A stretch of DNA of 64,000 bases from Candidatus Zixiibacteriota bacterium (GCA_022571985.1 JACZWU010000004.1:64319-128318), one strand, 5' to 3'. Shown: positions 28,563 through 38,817, numbered from the stretch's first letter. Notes: generated by a model not told the origin, from the letters alone. Made by a program: numbers and translations.

Positions 28563-30271
28563 TCAAATCGTCCATAGTCACGGCCGGCTATGCTCTAATA
28601 TTTCTGCTGTGTCTACCGTCAAGTTCTCTGCCTTCAGATTCAGATTATATCGAATTGCCATTTGAGTTCTTCCACGGTCGCTGGGTACAGGGACACTCGG
28701 GCGAATTCAAGTCTACGTATGTAGATTATGACAGTCCTGATTATTTTGGGTCATACAATTTCATTTTCGGCAATAATCGTTTGTCTATTCTTGATATTCA
28801 AAAATACATTTTGGTAAATGAAAAATTCGAGAGTTGGCGAACTGCTAACATTTCTTTTCTAAAAAGAGTAAAGCCAAATTGGCAGATAGGAATCGACCAA
28901 TTTAGATATGATGAGTATAGTAAGGCGTGGAGTAGTGCATCTGAACTTCCGTTCTACGCATATAGTAGCAATCAAAATAGTCTTTATGTTACAGCATCTT
29001 CCAAATTCAGTAGGAATAGAAGGCTAAAGGTTAGCACTTCAATGGAAACATACTCGTACTTCTTTGAACCGATTCTAGCCAAAGGAGAACTACGATTTGA
29101 AAACCTGATATCTGTTAGACAAAACAACCGAATTTACTACAGTATATTTTTCATAGATTCTATAAGTAGTGGTAACACTACAATTGGCAATGACGTTTCT
29201 TATAATTGGCACTTTCAAAACTTGCTGATATGGGGTGTTACAGACGGATTAAATTTTACAGCATTTTTTAATAGCAACAACCGAAAAAGTACTAGAACTT
29301 TATATGCAGAATCATATAGGCAAGGATCTGTTTACAGCCAGTCGTTTGGAGAAATCTACTCTAAAGAATACAGGCCATGGATTTCCCTTTCCGTCAATTC
29401 TGCGTTAGTCTCTAACTTGTATCTAAAAATGAATTATCAAGAGTGGCTAAGACAACGCACTTACAGAAGAACCGGTTATTCTAACATTATTGGTTCTAAT
29501 TCTTTTATAAGAACATCATATGAAAGCGAAACGGAACTGGAGTTATACCGATCAATTTGGTCTGCTAATTTTAGATATATAAATTCAGGAGAATTTGAGA
29601 CCGGGGTTCTTCTTGATGACTATCAGAATTATTATCAAGGTATGCTTTTCCGTGGACAATTTGCATTGGATCTGGGAATTCAGTTGGTTTCCCATGGCAA
29701 AGGCGATGCTTACAGATATGTATTGAATGTGTCTCCAACAATTGGAATTTCCAATCACGTAAATATTGGTGCCATAGTGGAGTATGGATTCTATAGAAAT
29801 CGAGCTAATTTCGGAAGTGAATCAGTTAAATCCGCTCTAACTTTAAAGTTCAGAAGTTACAACTATACTGGTGTATCTGGATCAACTTGGAATGGAGATG
29901 ATAGATATGATCAGAATTTTGACAGAAAACTGAGTTCTAGTCAAGTCTATCTTGAAGTGAGGTACTTTCCACCAAGACTTTCTAGTATATACTCTGAAAA
30001 TATCGTCTTTTTTAGCTTTAGTAAACTAAGAAATTCAGGAACACATAATCTTACAATAAATGCTATTGTAGGGGTAGGTAAAAATTTCGAATTGATAATT
30101 TCCGGTTCTGAAAACTATAATACCAAAGTCTTGCCTACAAGGAGATATGACGTGGGACTGTCAAAGCGGGTTTTGGATTATATCGACTTGTCAATATCAT
30201 ATATACAAACATCGATCGGCTCAAATTTCAGTAACCCTTTTGCTCGAGTTTCAATAACGGCATTGATTTAA
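28559..30271 (+). CDS. Hypothetical exported protein, probable beta-barrel, low GC
   Basis: 570-aa ORF with signal-like N-terminus; rich in Y/S/N/F; ATGA overlap with mnmA. Confidence 0.65.
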   Translation: MIKSSIVTAGYALIFLLCLPSSSLPSDSDYIELPFEFFHGRWVQGHSGEFKSTYVDYDSPDYFGSYNFIFGNNRLSILDIQKYILVNEKFESWRTANISFLKRVKPNWQIGIDQFRYDEYSKAWSSASELPFYAYSSNQNSLYVTASSKFSRNRRLKVSTSMETYSYFFEPILAKGELRFENLISVRQNNRIYYSIFFIDSISSGNTTIGNDVSYNWHFQNLLIWGVTDGLNFTAFFNSNNRKSTRTLYAESYRQGSVYSQSFGEIYSKEYRPWISLSVNSALVSNLYLKMNYQEWLRQRTYRRTGYSNIIGSNSFIRTSYESETELELYRSIWSANFRYINSGEFETGVLLDDYQNYYQGMLFRGQFALDLGIQLVSHGKGDAYRYVLNVSPTIGISNHVNIGAIVEYGFYRNRANFGSESVKSALTLKFRSYNYTGVSGSTWNGDDRYDQNFDRKLSSSQVYLEVRYFPPRLSSIYSENIVFFSFSKLRNSGTHNLTINAIVGVGKNFELIISGSENYNTKVLPTRRYDVGLSKRVLDYIDLSISYIQTSIGSNFSNPFARVSITALI

Positions 30272-30287
30272 CGGGGAGGAATAATAT

Positions 30288-30965
30288 ATGCCTACTGCCA
30301 GATTTTTGGGACAGTCCTGCATCACTATTGAAAATGGTGACCACAAAATAATTGTCGATCCGTTTTTGACCGGCAACCCTCTGGCCGGCGCCAAACAGGA
30401 AGAGATCGAATGCAGTCACGTGCTTTTGACCCACGGTCACGGCGACCATTTTGGTGATACGATCGAAATCGCCAAACGAAACGATGCCACCGTCATAGCC
30501 ACTTATGAACTGGCCAGTTTTTGCGGCAGCAAAGGACTGAAATCTCATCTGATGCATATTGGTGGCGCGCACGATTTTGATTTTGGGCGGGTTAAACTGA
30601 CTATCGCTCACCACGGCGGCGGTTTTGGCGAGAATGCCGAAATTTATACAGGTCCTCCGGTCGGATTTTTGATTACAATGGGCGGCAAGACCGTTTACAA
30701 CGCCGGGGATACCGGCCTATTTTACGATATGAAGCTTATTGGAGAAATGAATCAGATTGACCTGGCCTTCCTGCCAATTGGCGACAATTTTACAATGGGC
30801 ATCGACGATGCCGTTAAAGCTGTGGAATTCTTAAAACCCAAAAAAGTCGTACCTGTTCATTATAATACTTTTCCGTTAATAGAACAGGACCCGCAGGAGT
30901 TTGCCGGTAAAGTAAAAGCGGCTGAAGTTGTCATAATGAATCCGGGAGATTCTATCGAGTTTTAG
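30288..30965 (+). CDS. Metal-dependent hydrolase, metallo-beta-lactamase fold (UPF0173-like)
   Basis: IVDPFLTGNP, LTHGHGDHFGD, YNAGDT, PIGDNFTMG, VPVHYNTFP. Confidence 0.92.
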   Translation: MPTARFLGQSCITIENGDHKIIVDPFLTGNPLAGAKQEEIECSHVLLTHGHGDHFGDTIEIAKRNDATVIATYELASFCGSKGLKSHLMHIGGAHDFDFGRVKLTIAHHGGGFGENAEIYTGPPVGFLITMGGKTVYNAGDTGLFYDMKLIGEMNQIDLAFLPIGDNFTMGIDDAVKAVEFLKPKKVVPVHYNTFPLIEQDPQEFAGKVKAAEVVIMNPGDSIEF

Positions 30966-30992
30966 TCCGGTTGGCCGATATTTGGAATTCTG

Positions 30993-31023
30993 AGGCGGCG
31001 ATTGCAAAATTGCCGCCTTTCTT
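30993..31023 (+). terminator. Intrinsic terminator
   Basis: AGGCGGCGATT-GCAA-AATTGCCGCCT followed by TTCTT. Confidence 0.7.
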
Positions 31024-31102
31024 ACGAGGTTATAGTTGATTAGGCACCACGGGCTTATTTTATATTGAATAAGAAAAATCAAAAAGCGTATAACTATATT
31101 AG

Positions 31103-33943
31103 ATGAAGAAACTCTTTAAAATATTTGTCTGGGCTGCCGGAATTTTCATAGTCCTGCTGCTGTTAATTGTAATAGCCTTCAAGCTTTTGTTCCCGGTCGA
31201 TAAAGCAAGAGTTTATGCAATCGAGAAAGCTGAGAGTTTCTTAAATCGAAAAGTCACCATTGAAGCCATAGACATTTCATTCTGGGGCGGATTGGGGCTG
31301 CAGCTGGTCGGTGTCACCGTTTCCAACCCACAGGGGTTTTCTGAGCAGACGGATTTCCTGACAGCCGAAAACGTGGATGTCAAAATGAGACTGTGGCCTC
31401 TATTGTTCGGAGAGTTTCGGGTTGACAGGTTTATTCTCAACAGACCGCAGATCAGCCTGATTAAATCTATTGAACTCAAAAATAACTATACCTTTGAAAG
31501 TGTCGATTCAATTCCTGAATCTAAAGCTTTAAAGAATATCCCGAGTGAGGCTGTTCCGGCAGTAGCGGCAATTTCATTCGAAACATTTGAGATTAATGAT
31601 GGAACTATAGTTTTTAAAAATAATGCAGACCAGTCAGAGCTAATTCTTACCGGCATAAATTTTCACTCAAGTCTGGTCAATCCTACCGAGAACAGATTTA
31701 AATCTGTCGGGGAACTTGCCATACAAAGTGTTCTCTTAAAAAGTGAAGAGTCTTTTCCCGAATTTAAAGTCAGCCTGGCATATGACGCGGAACTTGATTT
31801 GATCAATAAGAGGCTGGTGCTTGAAGAATCCGCACTGGAGCTAAATGATATTTCGTTTCGCTTAAGTGGTCAGCTCTCGGACTTTACTTCGGCCCCCAAA
31901 GGACGCTTCACCATAAAATCTGAAAGCGTATTGGCAGAGCAGCTGATAGAACTTCTTCCGGCCAAAGTTAGAAAATCAATTTCCGATTACACTATTAGCG
32001 GTGAATTAAGTCTGACTACCGATCTCGAATATGACCAGTCGAAGACTACTCCGTTTTCTTATTCGGGAACACTCTCACTCAATAAAGTCCGTGTTACGAC
32101 CAAGATGATAAATGCCACGCTGCAGTTTGACCGGGCCTTTATTGATTTTAAACCGGATAATGTCCGCGCCAATATCGAGGGCGGCACTATTGATGGGCAG
32201 CCGTTTAAAGGTCATGTTATCATTAACGATTTTGCGAATCCCGAAATCAATGGTGATCTGACCGGTTCTATCGATCTGGCGGTTTTCGATCCTCTGATTG
32301 ACAAAGAAGACAAATTTGAATTCTCCGGGAAAACAGAACTCGACCTGAGGTTTTCCGGCCGGATAAACGATAGCATGCAGCTGATGTATTCCGGCAATCT
32401 GAAAATGCTGAACGGCAAATTCAATTCAGAGCTTTTACCGGAAGCGATTGATTCGCTGTACCTTGATCTCTACATAGACAATAAGGTTACTACCGTCAGG
32501 CGCATTGCGGCCAGATCAAAATCGGCCGAGTTACTTTTTAGCGGACGTTTTGAAAATGTAATCAATTATTTTATGGCTGATTCTCTAAGCCGATTGCGAT
32601 TACCTGCTCCGCTCATAGTAGGAGAACTGAGCGGTAACAGCGACCTGGCTTTGCTTAACGGCTATCTAGAAAAAGAGAGGGCAGCCAGAGTAACGGGTAG
32701 AACCAGTTTTAATCTAAAAGTAAGCGGCAATCCGGTTCTGCTTACCAGCCTGAAGCCGTATGGCAACCTGTCAATCTCTGATGGCACTTACCTCGACTCA
32801 ACTTTTCCGGAACCGGTAAAGCATTTTTCTGCGACTATGACAGTTGTTGCAGATACTTTCAAAGTTGACTCAATGAAAATTGAGTTTGAATCAAGCGATG
32901 TCTCCCTGTCCGGAAAAATTATTCAACCGGTGCCATACTTCTTGACATATCTTGGCATAATCAAGGGAACACCGCCAAAACCACTTTTTGAGCTGGACAT
33001 CATATCTAAAAGATTTAACGTCGACAAAATGTTTCCTGAAGCTGTTCCCGGATCTGAAGCAGTAACATCAAAACTTCCGTCCGACACGGTCCCGGAATTG
33101 ATAGTGCCGGATATGAACGGCCGGGGAACTTTCTCTATCGACACTCTCATCTATAGTAAAATTGAGTTTACAAATATCAAGGGACTATTAAGAGTGCAAG
33201 ATAGGCGGATGGAGTCTTACAATGTTACCGGCAATGTATATTCCGGCAGAATCAGCGGTGAAACTACTATCGACTTAAATGATTTCAGCAAACCGCGATA
33301 TACTGGTAAGTTCAAGGCCACAAGTATTGAAGCAGATGATTTTATCAGCCGCTTTACCAGGATGGGTGGATTTCTTTTCGGCAAAATAAATATTAACGGC
33401 GACTACAACGCTTCAGGCTGGGATCGAGAAGCTTTTCTGAATTCACTCTCTGTGAACGGTCTGGCACAGATGCACAAAGGCAAGCTGGTGACATCGGACT
33501 CGATTCATCAGCAGCTTAATTTCATTACAAAGAGACTGAAACTCCCCTTTGATAAAGAGCAGACAATACGAAATCTTTCCTCAAAAATCACAGTCAAAGA
33601 TGGTAAAGTCGGGCTTGATAATCTGAAAACATCTCTGGGTGTAATAGGTGACCTTGAGATTGGCGGCTTTTATAGCTTTGACGGAGAACTTGATTATACC
33701 GGCTCAATATTGCTTTCCAAAGAACAGACCAAAAAAATAATGTCTGAACTTTCCAAAAGTACTCTTCTGGGAGGACTGGCCGGATTATTAAATAATAAAA
33801 GTGTAGATAGATTGAGACTGCCTATAAAGTTAGGCGGTACGGTAGATAAACCGAAACCGGAGATTGATATGGCAGCTCTGACTGGTAATGCCGGAAATAA
33901 TTTATTACAGAATTTATTTAAAAAAATCAGTGAGAATAAATAG
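31103..33943 (+). CDS. AsmA family protein
   Basis: N-terminal TM, WGGLGLQLVGVTVSNP, VKMRLWPLLFGEFRVDRFILNRPQI; AsmA-like C-terminus LPIKLGGTVDKPK. Confidence 0.82.
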   Translation: MKKLFKIFVWAAGIFIVLLLLIVIAFKLLFPVDKARVYAIEKAESFLNRKVTIEAIDISFWGGLGLQLVGVTVSNPQGFSEQTDFLTAENVDVKMRLWPLLFGEFRVDRFILNRPQISLIKSIELKNNYTFESVDSIPESKALKNIPSEAVPAVAAISFETFEINDGTIVFKNNADQSELILTGINFHSSLVNPTENRFKSVGELAIQSVLLKSEESFPEFKVSLAYDAELDLINKRLVLEESALELNDISFRLSGQLSDFTSAPKGRFTIKSESVLAEQLIELLPAKVRKSISDYTISGELSLTTDLEYDQSKTTPFSYSGTLSLNKVRVTTKMINATLQFDRAFIDFKPDNVRANIEGGTIDGQPFKGHVIINDFANPEINGDLTGSIDLAVFDPLIDKEDKFEFSGKTELDLRFSGRINDSMQLMYSGNLKMLNGKFNSELLPEAIDSLYLDLYIDNKVTTVRRIAARSKSAELLFSGRFENVINYFMADSLSRLRLPAPLIVGELSGNSDLALLNGYLEKERAARVTGRTSFNLKVSGNPVLLTSLKPYGNLSISDGTYLDSTFPEPVKHFSATMTVVADTFKVDSMKIEFESSDVSLSGKIIQPVPYFLTYLGIIKGTPPKPLFELDIISKRFNVDKMFPEAVPGSEAVTSKLPSDTVPELIVPDMNGRGTFSIDTLIYSKIEFTNIKGLLRVQDRRMESYNVTGNVYSGRISGETTIDLNDFSKPRYTGKFKATSIEADDFISRFTRMGGFLFGKININGDYNASGWDREAFLNSLSVNGLAQMHKGKLVTSDSIHQQLNFITKRLKLPFDKEQTIRNLSSKITVKDGKVGLDNLKTSLGVIGDLEIGGFYSFDGELDYTGSILLSKEQTKKIMSELSKSTLLGGLAGLLNNKSVDRLRLPIKLGGTVDKPKPEIDMAALTGNAGNNLLQNLFKKISENK

Positions 33944-33949
33944 CTTAAA

Positions 33950-35974
33950 TTGAAGTTTGATTGCAACATATTGCTTAAAAAATTATATGCCCGCAAAACG
34001 GTGATAATTGGTGTTACAATTTTTATTTCTCTGGGTTATGCGCAGAACGCAGAGAGCCAGCAAAAACTATCACCGGAACTCTCAGTTGTCTTATCAAGCG
34101 GTTCCAGCAGTGATCTGCACAAAGTCTGGATTTATTTAGACCTGCCAGACTCGCTCTTAGAAAAAGTAAAGTTAAGTGAAAAGTCTCTGAAGCGCCGCTC
34201 AAAAGTTTTTGGTCAAAACGACAGTCAAAACCGTTATGACTTTCGGCCAAGTGATAAGGTTTTGCAAGAAATAACATCGACAGGCGTTCTAATAAGAAGA
34301 GTTTCGCGATGGTTCAAAGCCGTGTCTGTCGAAGCCAGCACGTCTCAATTACAACAAGTAGTGCAGCTGCCTTTTGTCTCAAAAGTTGATTTGGTCAAGA
34401 CACTTGCGACTCCTCTGCCGATTGTCGAAGTCAGCCAGGAGCGAGGCATTCCTTCCCAACGCAGTGCGCTGCTGCCATATGGTTTGACTCTATTTCAGAA
34501 CAGCTTTATTAATGCAGTCAAATTACATGAGGCCGGACTAAGTGGTAAGGGGGTTTTGATTGCACTATTTGATACCGGCTTCGATACTGCCCACGTTGCT
34601 TTTGATTCAACTTCTATAATAGACAGCTACGATTTTATAAATAATGATAACGATGTCTCCGGTGCCGATTGTCCATTAGAAAACGAAGGTCTCCATCAAT
34701 CTTTTCACGGCACGCTGACGCTTGGTGTTTTGGCTGCTTACATTCCCAATACGCTGATAGGAGTGGCCTATGGCGCCGACTATGCTCTGGCCAAAACAGA
34801 AATTTCCTGCGGCGGAACAGAGATAAAAGTCGAAGAGGATAACTGGATTGCTGCGGCCGAATGGGCTGACTCTATCGGTGCTGATATTATCAGCTCATCG
34901 CTGGGTTATACTCAATTTCAGGATAGCGGAAGTTACACTCAGTCGCAGTTAGATGGCAACACCGCCTTGATTACAATTGCTGCAGATATAGCAGCTTCAA
35001 TGAATATCTTGGTCGTTAACTCTGCCGGTAATTCCAGAGTAATTACCGTCAGCAATCCCTGGGGCACGATTTCTTTTCCAGCCGATGGTGATTCGGTTTT
35101 GACTGTTGGTGCTGCAACTTCGGACTCAAGTCTGGCATCCTTTTCTTCGCCAGGTCCAACTGCAGATGGTCGGATAAAACCGGACATTGCTACAATTGGA
35201 GTAAATGTCTTTACCGCCCGACAGAACGGCGGCACAACTATCGCCACCGGAACATCTCTTTCAACCCCGTTAGTTGCAGGAGGAGCGGCACTGGCCTTAG
35301 AGCACGATTCTACCATGACTGCCAATGAGGCTCTGCTACTCATTCGCCAGACCGGCAGCAATTCACAAAACCCCGACAATGATTTTGGCTATGGTCTATA
35401 CAACGCCGCCAGGGCTGCGGATATTATTAAGATTGACCAGTCAGGAATTTTTCAGGTAACTACCGGTCAAACCAGAATCATAGCAATTTCTGCTTCGGGG
35501 CGTTCTCTCGCTACTCCTGCCATCAGTCTGGCAGGCACAGTTCCGGCCGGAATTTCCCTGACAGACAATCTTAACGGCACCGCCTCTTTATCGGTGACAG
35601 GCTCAGCCGCTCTGGGAATTCAGACTATTCTGAATGTCGTTGCAGATGTCGGTTACTATGCAGACACTGCCCAGCTTATTATAGAAATGCAATCTTTATC
35701 TTCCGACTTTATAAGAGCAGCTCCCAACCCTTTTTCAAGCTCAGTCAGGTTTTTGATTTCTTCGGCAGCAGGAAATTGGCAATCCTTGACCATTTATACA
35801 TCTGCCGGAGAGAGAATCTGGGAAAAAGTCAATAATTTCGCAGTTTCAGCCGATACTACTATTAACTGGGACGGCAGAAATGCCCAGGGTAAAGCAACTT
35901 CTGCCGGCGTCTATATCCTGCATTTTAGGGCCAGCAACGCTGAAAGACGTCTTAAGTTGTTGAAAACAAACTAA
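33950..35974 (+). CDS. S8 (subtilisin-like) serine peptidase with C-terminal FlgD/T9SS-type domain
   Basis: Triad ALFDTGF / FHGTLTLG / GTSLSTP; oxyanion NSAGN; C-terminal APNPFS...WDGRN...SAGVYIL. The true start may be TTG 33971. Confidence 0.9.
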   Translation: MKFDCNILLKKLYARKTVIIGVTIFISLGYAQNAESQQKLSPELSVVLSSGSSSDLHKVWIYLDLPDSLLEKVKLSEKSLKRRSKVFGQNDSQNRYDFRPSDKVLQEITSTGVLIRRVSRWFKAVSVEASTSQLQQVVQLPFVSKVDLVKTLATPLPIVEVSQERGIPSQRSALLPYGLTLFQNSFINAVKLHEAGLSGKGVLIALFDTGFDTAHVAFDSTSIIDSYDFINNDNDVSGADCPLENEGLHQSFHGTLTLGVLAAYIPNTLIGVAYGADYALAKTEISCGGTEIKVEEDNWIAAAEWADSIGADIISSSLGYTQFQDSGSYTQSQLDGNTALITIAADIAASMNILVVNSAGNSRVITVSNPWGTISFPADGDSVLTVGAATSDSSLASFSSPGPTADGRIKPDIATIGVNVFTARQNGGTTIATGTSLSTPLVAGGAALALEHDSTMTANEALLLIRQTGSNSQNPDNDFGYGLYNAARAADIIKIDQSGIFQVTTGQTRIIAISASGRSLATPAISLAGTVPAGISLTDNLNGTASLSVTGSAALGIQTILNVVADVGYYADTAQLIIEMQSLSSDFIRAAPNPFSSSVRFLISSAAGNWQSLTIYTSAGERIWEKVNNFAVSADTTINWDGRNAQGKATSAGVYILHFRASNAERRLKLLKTN

Positions 35975-36000
35975 CTAGACTTAGGGATTCTTTCATTGCT

Positions 36001-36852
36001 ATGGCCTCAGCTGTTTCAAAAAATGCTGTCATTATAGAGAGATGCGCTCTCTGTAAAATCGATCTGAAAGGTCGTTTTGCTTTTCTGGACGAAGAGTTCA
36101 TATCACTTACCGGATATAGCGACGAGGAACTGCTCGGCAAACCAATCTCCAAAATACTTGATGCCGATAGCGGTGAGCTGATTCGCAGTCTGGTCACTGA
36201 CCGAAACCACTACGATACTTTTTTTGACTCTGTAAAGCTGACCATTATTACTAAGCAAAACAGAAAACTGAGCTTATGCGCAGTTGTCTCTTTAAATTTC
36301 ATTGGTGGTAACCCGGTGAATATGCAGATGATTCTTACCAAAGCAAGCGGCTCCGGACGAAGCGAGGTTTACTCAGCCCCGGATCAGACCTCTTTAGATT
36401 TTCTGTCAAACCTGTCCGAAATGGATGACTTTACAAATCTAAAGGAGCTTTTACAAGCAATACTCGGCTTTGCCGGCGCCGGGCAGCTGGGAATTTATGA
36501 TTACAACAACAGCACTATGTCTTTAAAGATATCAGTAAATGACGAAAACAACGCCCAATATGCTAACTCTGAAATGCCCGCGACTTCTATTGTACATCTT
36601 ATGGTGGCTGATTCCGGTAACAAATACAGCTATACCGATGATAAGGCTGTCCAGAAAGCTATTGAAAAAAGCGGCAGTGCGCCGCAGGAATTGGTAACCT
36701 CTTTTATCACTAACTCAAACAATCAGTACGTCTTGCGGTTTATCTATGATGACAAAATTGAGGGAAAAGAGGCAGTAGCGGTAGTAAGCAAAGCCGCCAT
36801 AGGTTCAAAAATCCTGCAAAAATTGATTGACTTAATCGGTAATATCGACTGA
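36001..36852 (+). CDS. PAS domain protein with GAF-like C-terminal part and no output domain
   Basis: IDLKGRFAFLDEEFISLTGYSDEELLGKPISKIL. Confidence 0.7.
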   Translation: MASAVSKNAVIIERCALCKIDLKGRFAFLDEEFISLTGYSDEELLGKPISKILDADSGELIRSLVTDRNHYDTFFDSVKLTIITKQNRKLSLCAVVSLNFIGGNPVNMQMILTKASGSGRSEVYSAPDQTSLDFLSNLSEMDDFTNLKELLQAILGFAGAGQLGIYDYNNSTMSLKISVNDENNAQYANSEMPATSIVHLMVADSGNKYSYTDDKAVQKAIEKSGSAPQELVTSFITNSNNQYVLRFIYDDKIEGKEAVAVVSKAAIGSKILQKLIDLIGNID

Positions 36853-36992
36853 TCGACAGCAATTTTGGTCGATTTTTGGGAGATTTCTTCAAATAGCAGA
36901 CCTAAGTGATTATCCCACTTGACAAAATCGAACTGACAGCTTTCTTTCGAGCTTCCTTATATTGCTTATAATTGAGAGAACCAGGAAAGCTA

Positions 36993-37868
36993 ATGAATTC
37001 AATGACCGGTTTCGGCAAAGCCGAAATCAAGACAAAATCAGTTTACTGCTCGGCGGAGATTACCAGTTTCAATAACCGCTTTTTGGAATTGTCAATCAGG
37101 CTGCCCAGGCAGATTTCAGCTCTTGAGGCTCCGCTCAGAGAACTAATATCTAAGAAAGTAAGCCGGGGCAAAATTACGGTTTTTGTAAACTACGAAAAGA
37201 CCGGCCCAAATTCTCAAAAATACAGTATTAATGCAGAAGCTCTGGAAGCCTATAATAGTCAGCTTAAGACAATCAAAAAGAAGCTGGGGTTAAAAGGGGA
37301 GATTGAAATTGGGGACCTGCTTGCCTTTCCGTCCATTTGTGAGTCGCCCTCAAATTCGACTGATGTCAAAGAGATCTGGCCTCAGGTCAAGAAAGCTGTA
37401 GAGCAGGCGCTGGGACAGTTATCAAAAATGCGCTCTATCGAAGGCTCTGCTCTGGCAAAAGATATGACATCTCGAGTCGGAAGAACTCTAAGTCTGCTCA
37501 AAGCGGTAAAATCGGCCTCATCAAATTCTGCTAAAAACTACCGCAAAAAACTTTCGAAACGTATCGAGGAAGTTCTCTCAAACGGTAAATTTGACCGTAC
37601 CCGTCTGGAGCAGGAGATAGCAATTCTTGCAGAAAAGGCAGACATCTCCGAAGAATGCACCCGCTTCGAGAGTCACGCCCGGCAGTTCGGAAAAACTCTG
37701 AAAGCAAAAGGCGAAATTGGCAAAAAACTTAATTTTATTTTGCAGGAGATGAACCGCGAAGTAAATACTATGTCCTCAAAGTGCTCAGAGTATGCGGTGG
37801 CCAAAGTGGCCCTGGAGATGAAAGAAGAAGTCGAGAAACTTCGTGAACAGGTTCAAAATGTGGAATAG
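36993..37868 (+). CDS. yicC: YicC/YloC family endoribonuclease
   Basis: MNSMTGFG, NNRFLE, DISEECTRFESH, GKKLNFILQEMNREVNTMSSK, REQVQNVE. Confidence 0.93.
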   Translation: MNSMTGFGKAEIKTKSVYCSAEITSFNNRFLELSIRLPRQISALEAPLRELISKKVSRGKITVFVNYEKTGPNSQKYSINAEALEAYNSQLKTIKKKLGLKGEIEIGDLLAFPSICESPSNSTDVKEIWPQVKKAVEQALGQLSKMRSIEGSALAKDMTSRVGRTLSLLKAVKSASSNSAKNYRKKLSKRIEEVLSNGKFDRTRLEQEIAILAEKADISEECTRFESHARQFGKTLKAKGEIGKKLNFILQEMNREVNTMSSKCSEYAVAKVALEMKEEVEKLREQVQNVE

Positions 37869-37888
37869 CAGTTTCAGGTACAGCGCGG

Positions 37889-38524
37889 ATGAATAAAGGA
37901 ACAGCGGGTAAAATTGTGATAATTTCATCTCCGTCTGGCGGCGGTAAAACTTCTATCTGTCAGGGACTCTTGACGGAGGAGCGTAAAAGCCAGGGCTGGG
38001 GATTTTCGATTTCTTGTACTACCCGGCCAAAGCGCCAGGGTGAACAGCACGGCCGGGAATATTTTTTCGTCACAGCAGAAGAGTTTGACAAAAAGGCAGA
38101 CGAGGGTTTTTTTGCAGAACATTTCCCGGTTCACTTGTACAAATATGGTACGCCAAAAGAGCAACTGGACAAAGTAATAGAAGAAGGCGGCGTTATACTT
38201 TTGGATGTTGACGTACAGGGAGCGGCCAAAATTCGCCGGAAGTACCCCGATGCCATTTCGATTTTTGTGCTGCCGCCATCAAAGGAAAGTCTCAAAGAGC
38301 GGCTGCAAAGACGCGGAACCGAGACTCCTGAACAGTTAAATGTTCGCTATAACACCGCCAGGCAGGAAATGAGCGAGTATAACAATTTTGAGTATACTGT
38401 TATAAATGAAAATCTGGAATCAGCTATTTCCGAGGTCTTGGATATAATTTCCGGCCAGCCGGGTTCAAAAAAATCTCGGACTGAAAATATTAATAAGGAA
38501 CAAATAAATACAATTATTAGTTAA
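37889..38524 (+). CDS. gmk: Guanylate kinase
   Basis: SPSGGGKTS, SCTTRPKR, YGT, LDVDVQGA, FVLPPS. Confidence 0.95.
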   Translation: MNKGTAGKIVIISSPSGGGKTSICQGLLTEERKSQGWGFSISCTTRPKRQGEQHGREYFFVTAEEFDKKADEGFFAEHFPVHLYKYGTPKEQLDKVIEEGGVILLDVDVQGAAKIRRKYPDAISIFVLPPSKESLKERLQRRGTETPEQLNVRYNTARQEMSEYNNFEYTVINENLESAISEVLDIISGQPGSKKSRTENINKEQINTIIS

Positions 38525-38551
38525 GCTAATAAATTAAAGGAAGGACATTAA

Positions 38552-38779
38552 ATGGAAAGACCATCAATTGAAAAACTTGAGAAATTGGGCTTAAATCGTT
38601 ATGAGGCAATCATTGTCACCGCTCGTCACGCCCGTTTTTTGAACAGCAAACGTCTGAAACAGCTCGAATTACTGGAGCAGGACCCCTCCATTGATATCGA
38701 TTCCAGAAAAATTACCATGCGAGCTCTTAAAGAAGTTTTGGATGGCAAGGTTAAGTTTGAGCGCACAGACTCGATGTAA
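38552..38779 (+). CDS. rpoZ: RNA polymerase omega subunit
   Basis: NRYEAIIVTARHAR...KITMRALKEV; downstream of gmk. Confidence 0.8.
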   Translation: MERPSIEKLEKLGLNRYEAIIVTARHARFLNSKRLKQLELLEQDPSIDIDSRKITMRALKEVLDGKVKFERTDSM

Positions 38780-38817
38780 TAAGGTGTATTTCCTAAAATT
38801 TAACTAAAGGGTTGTTA

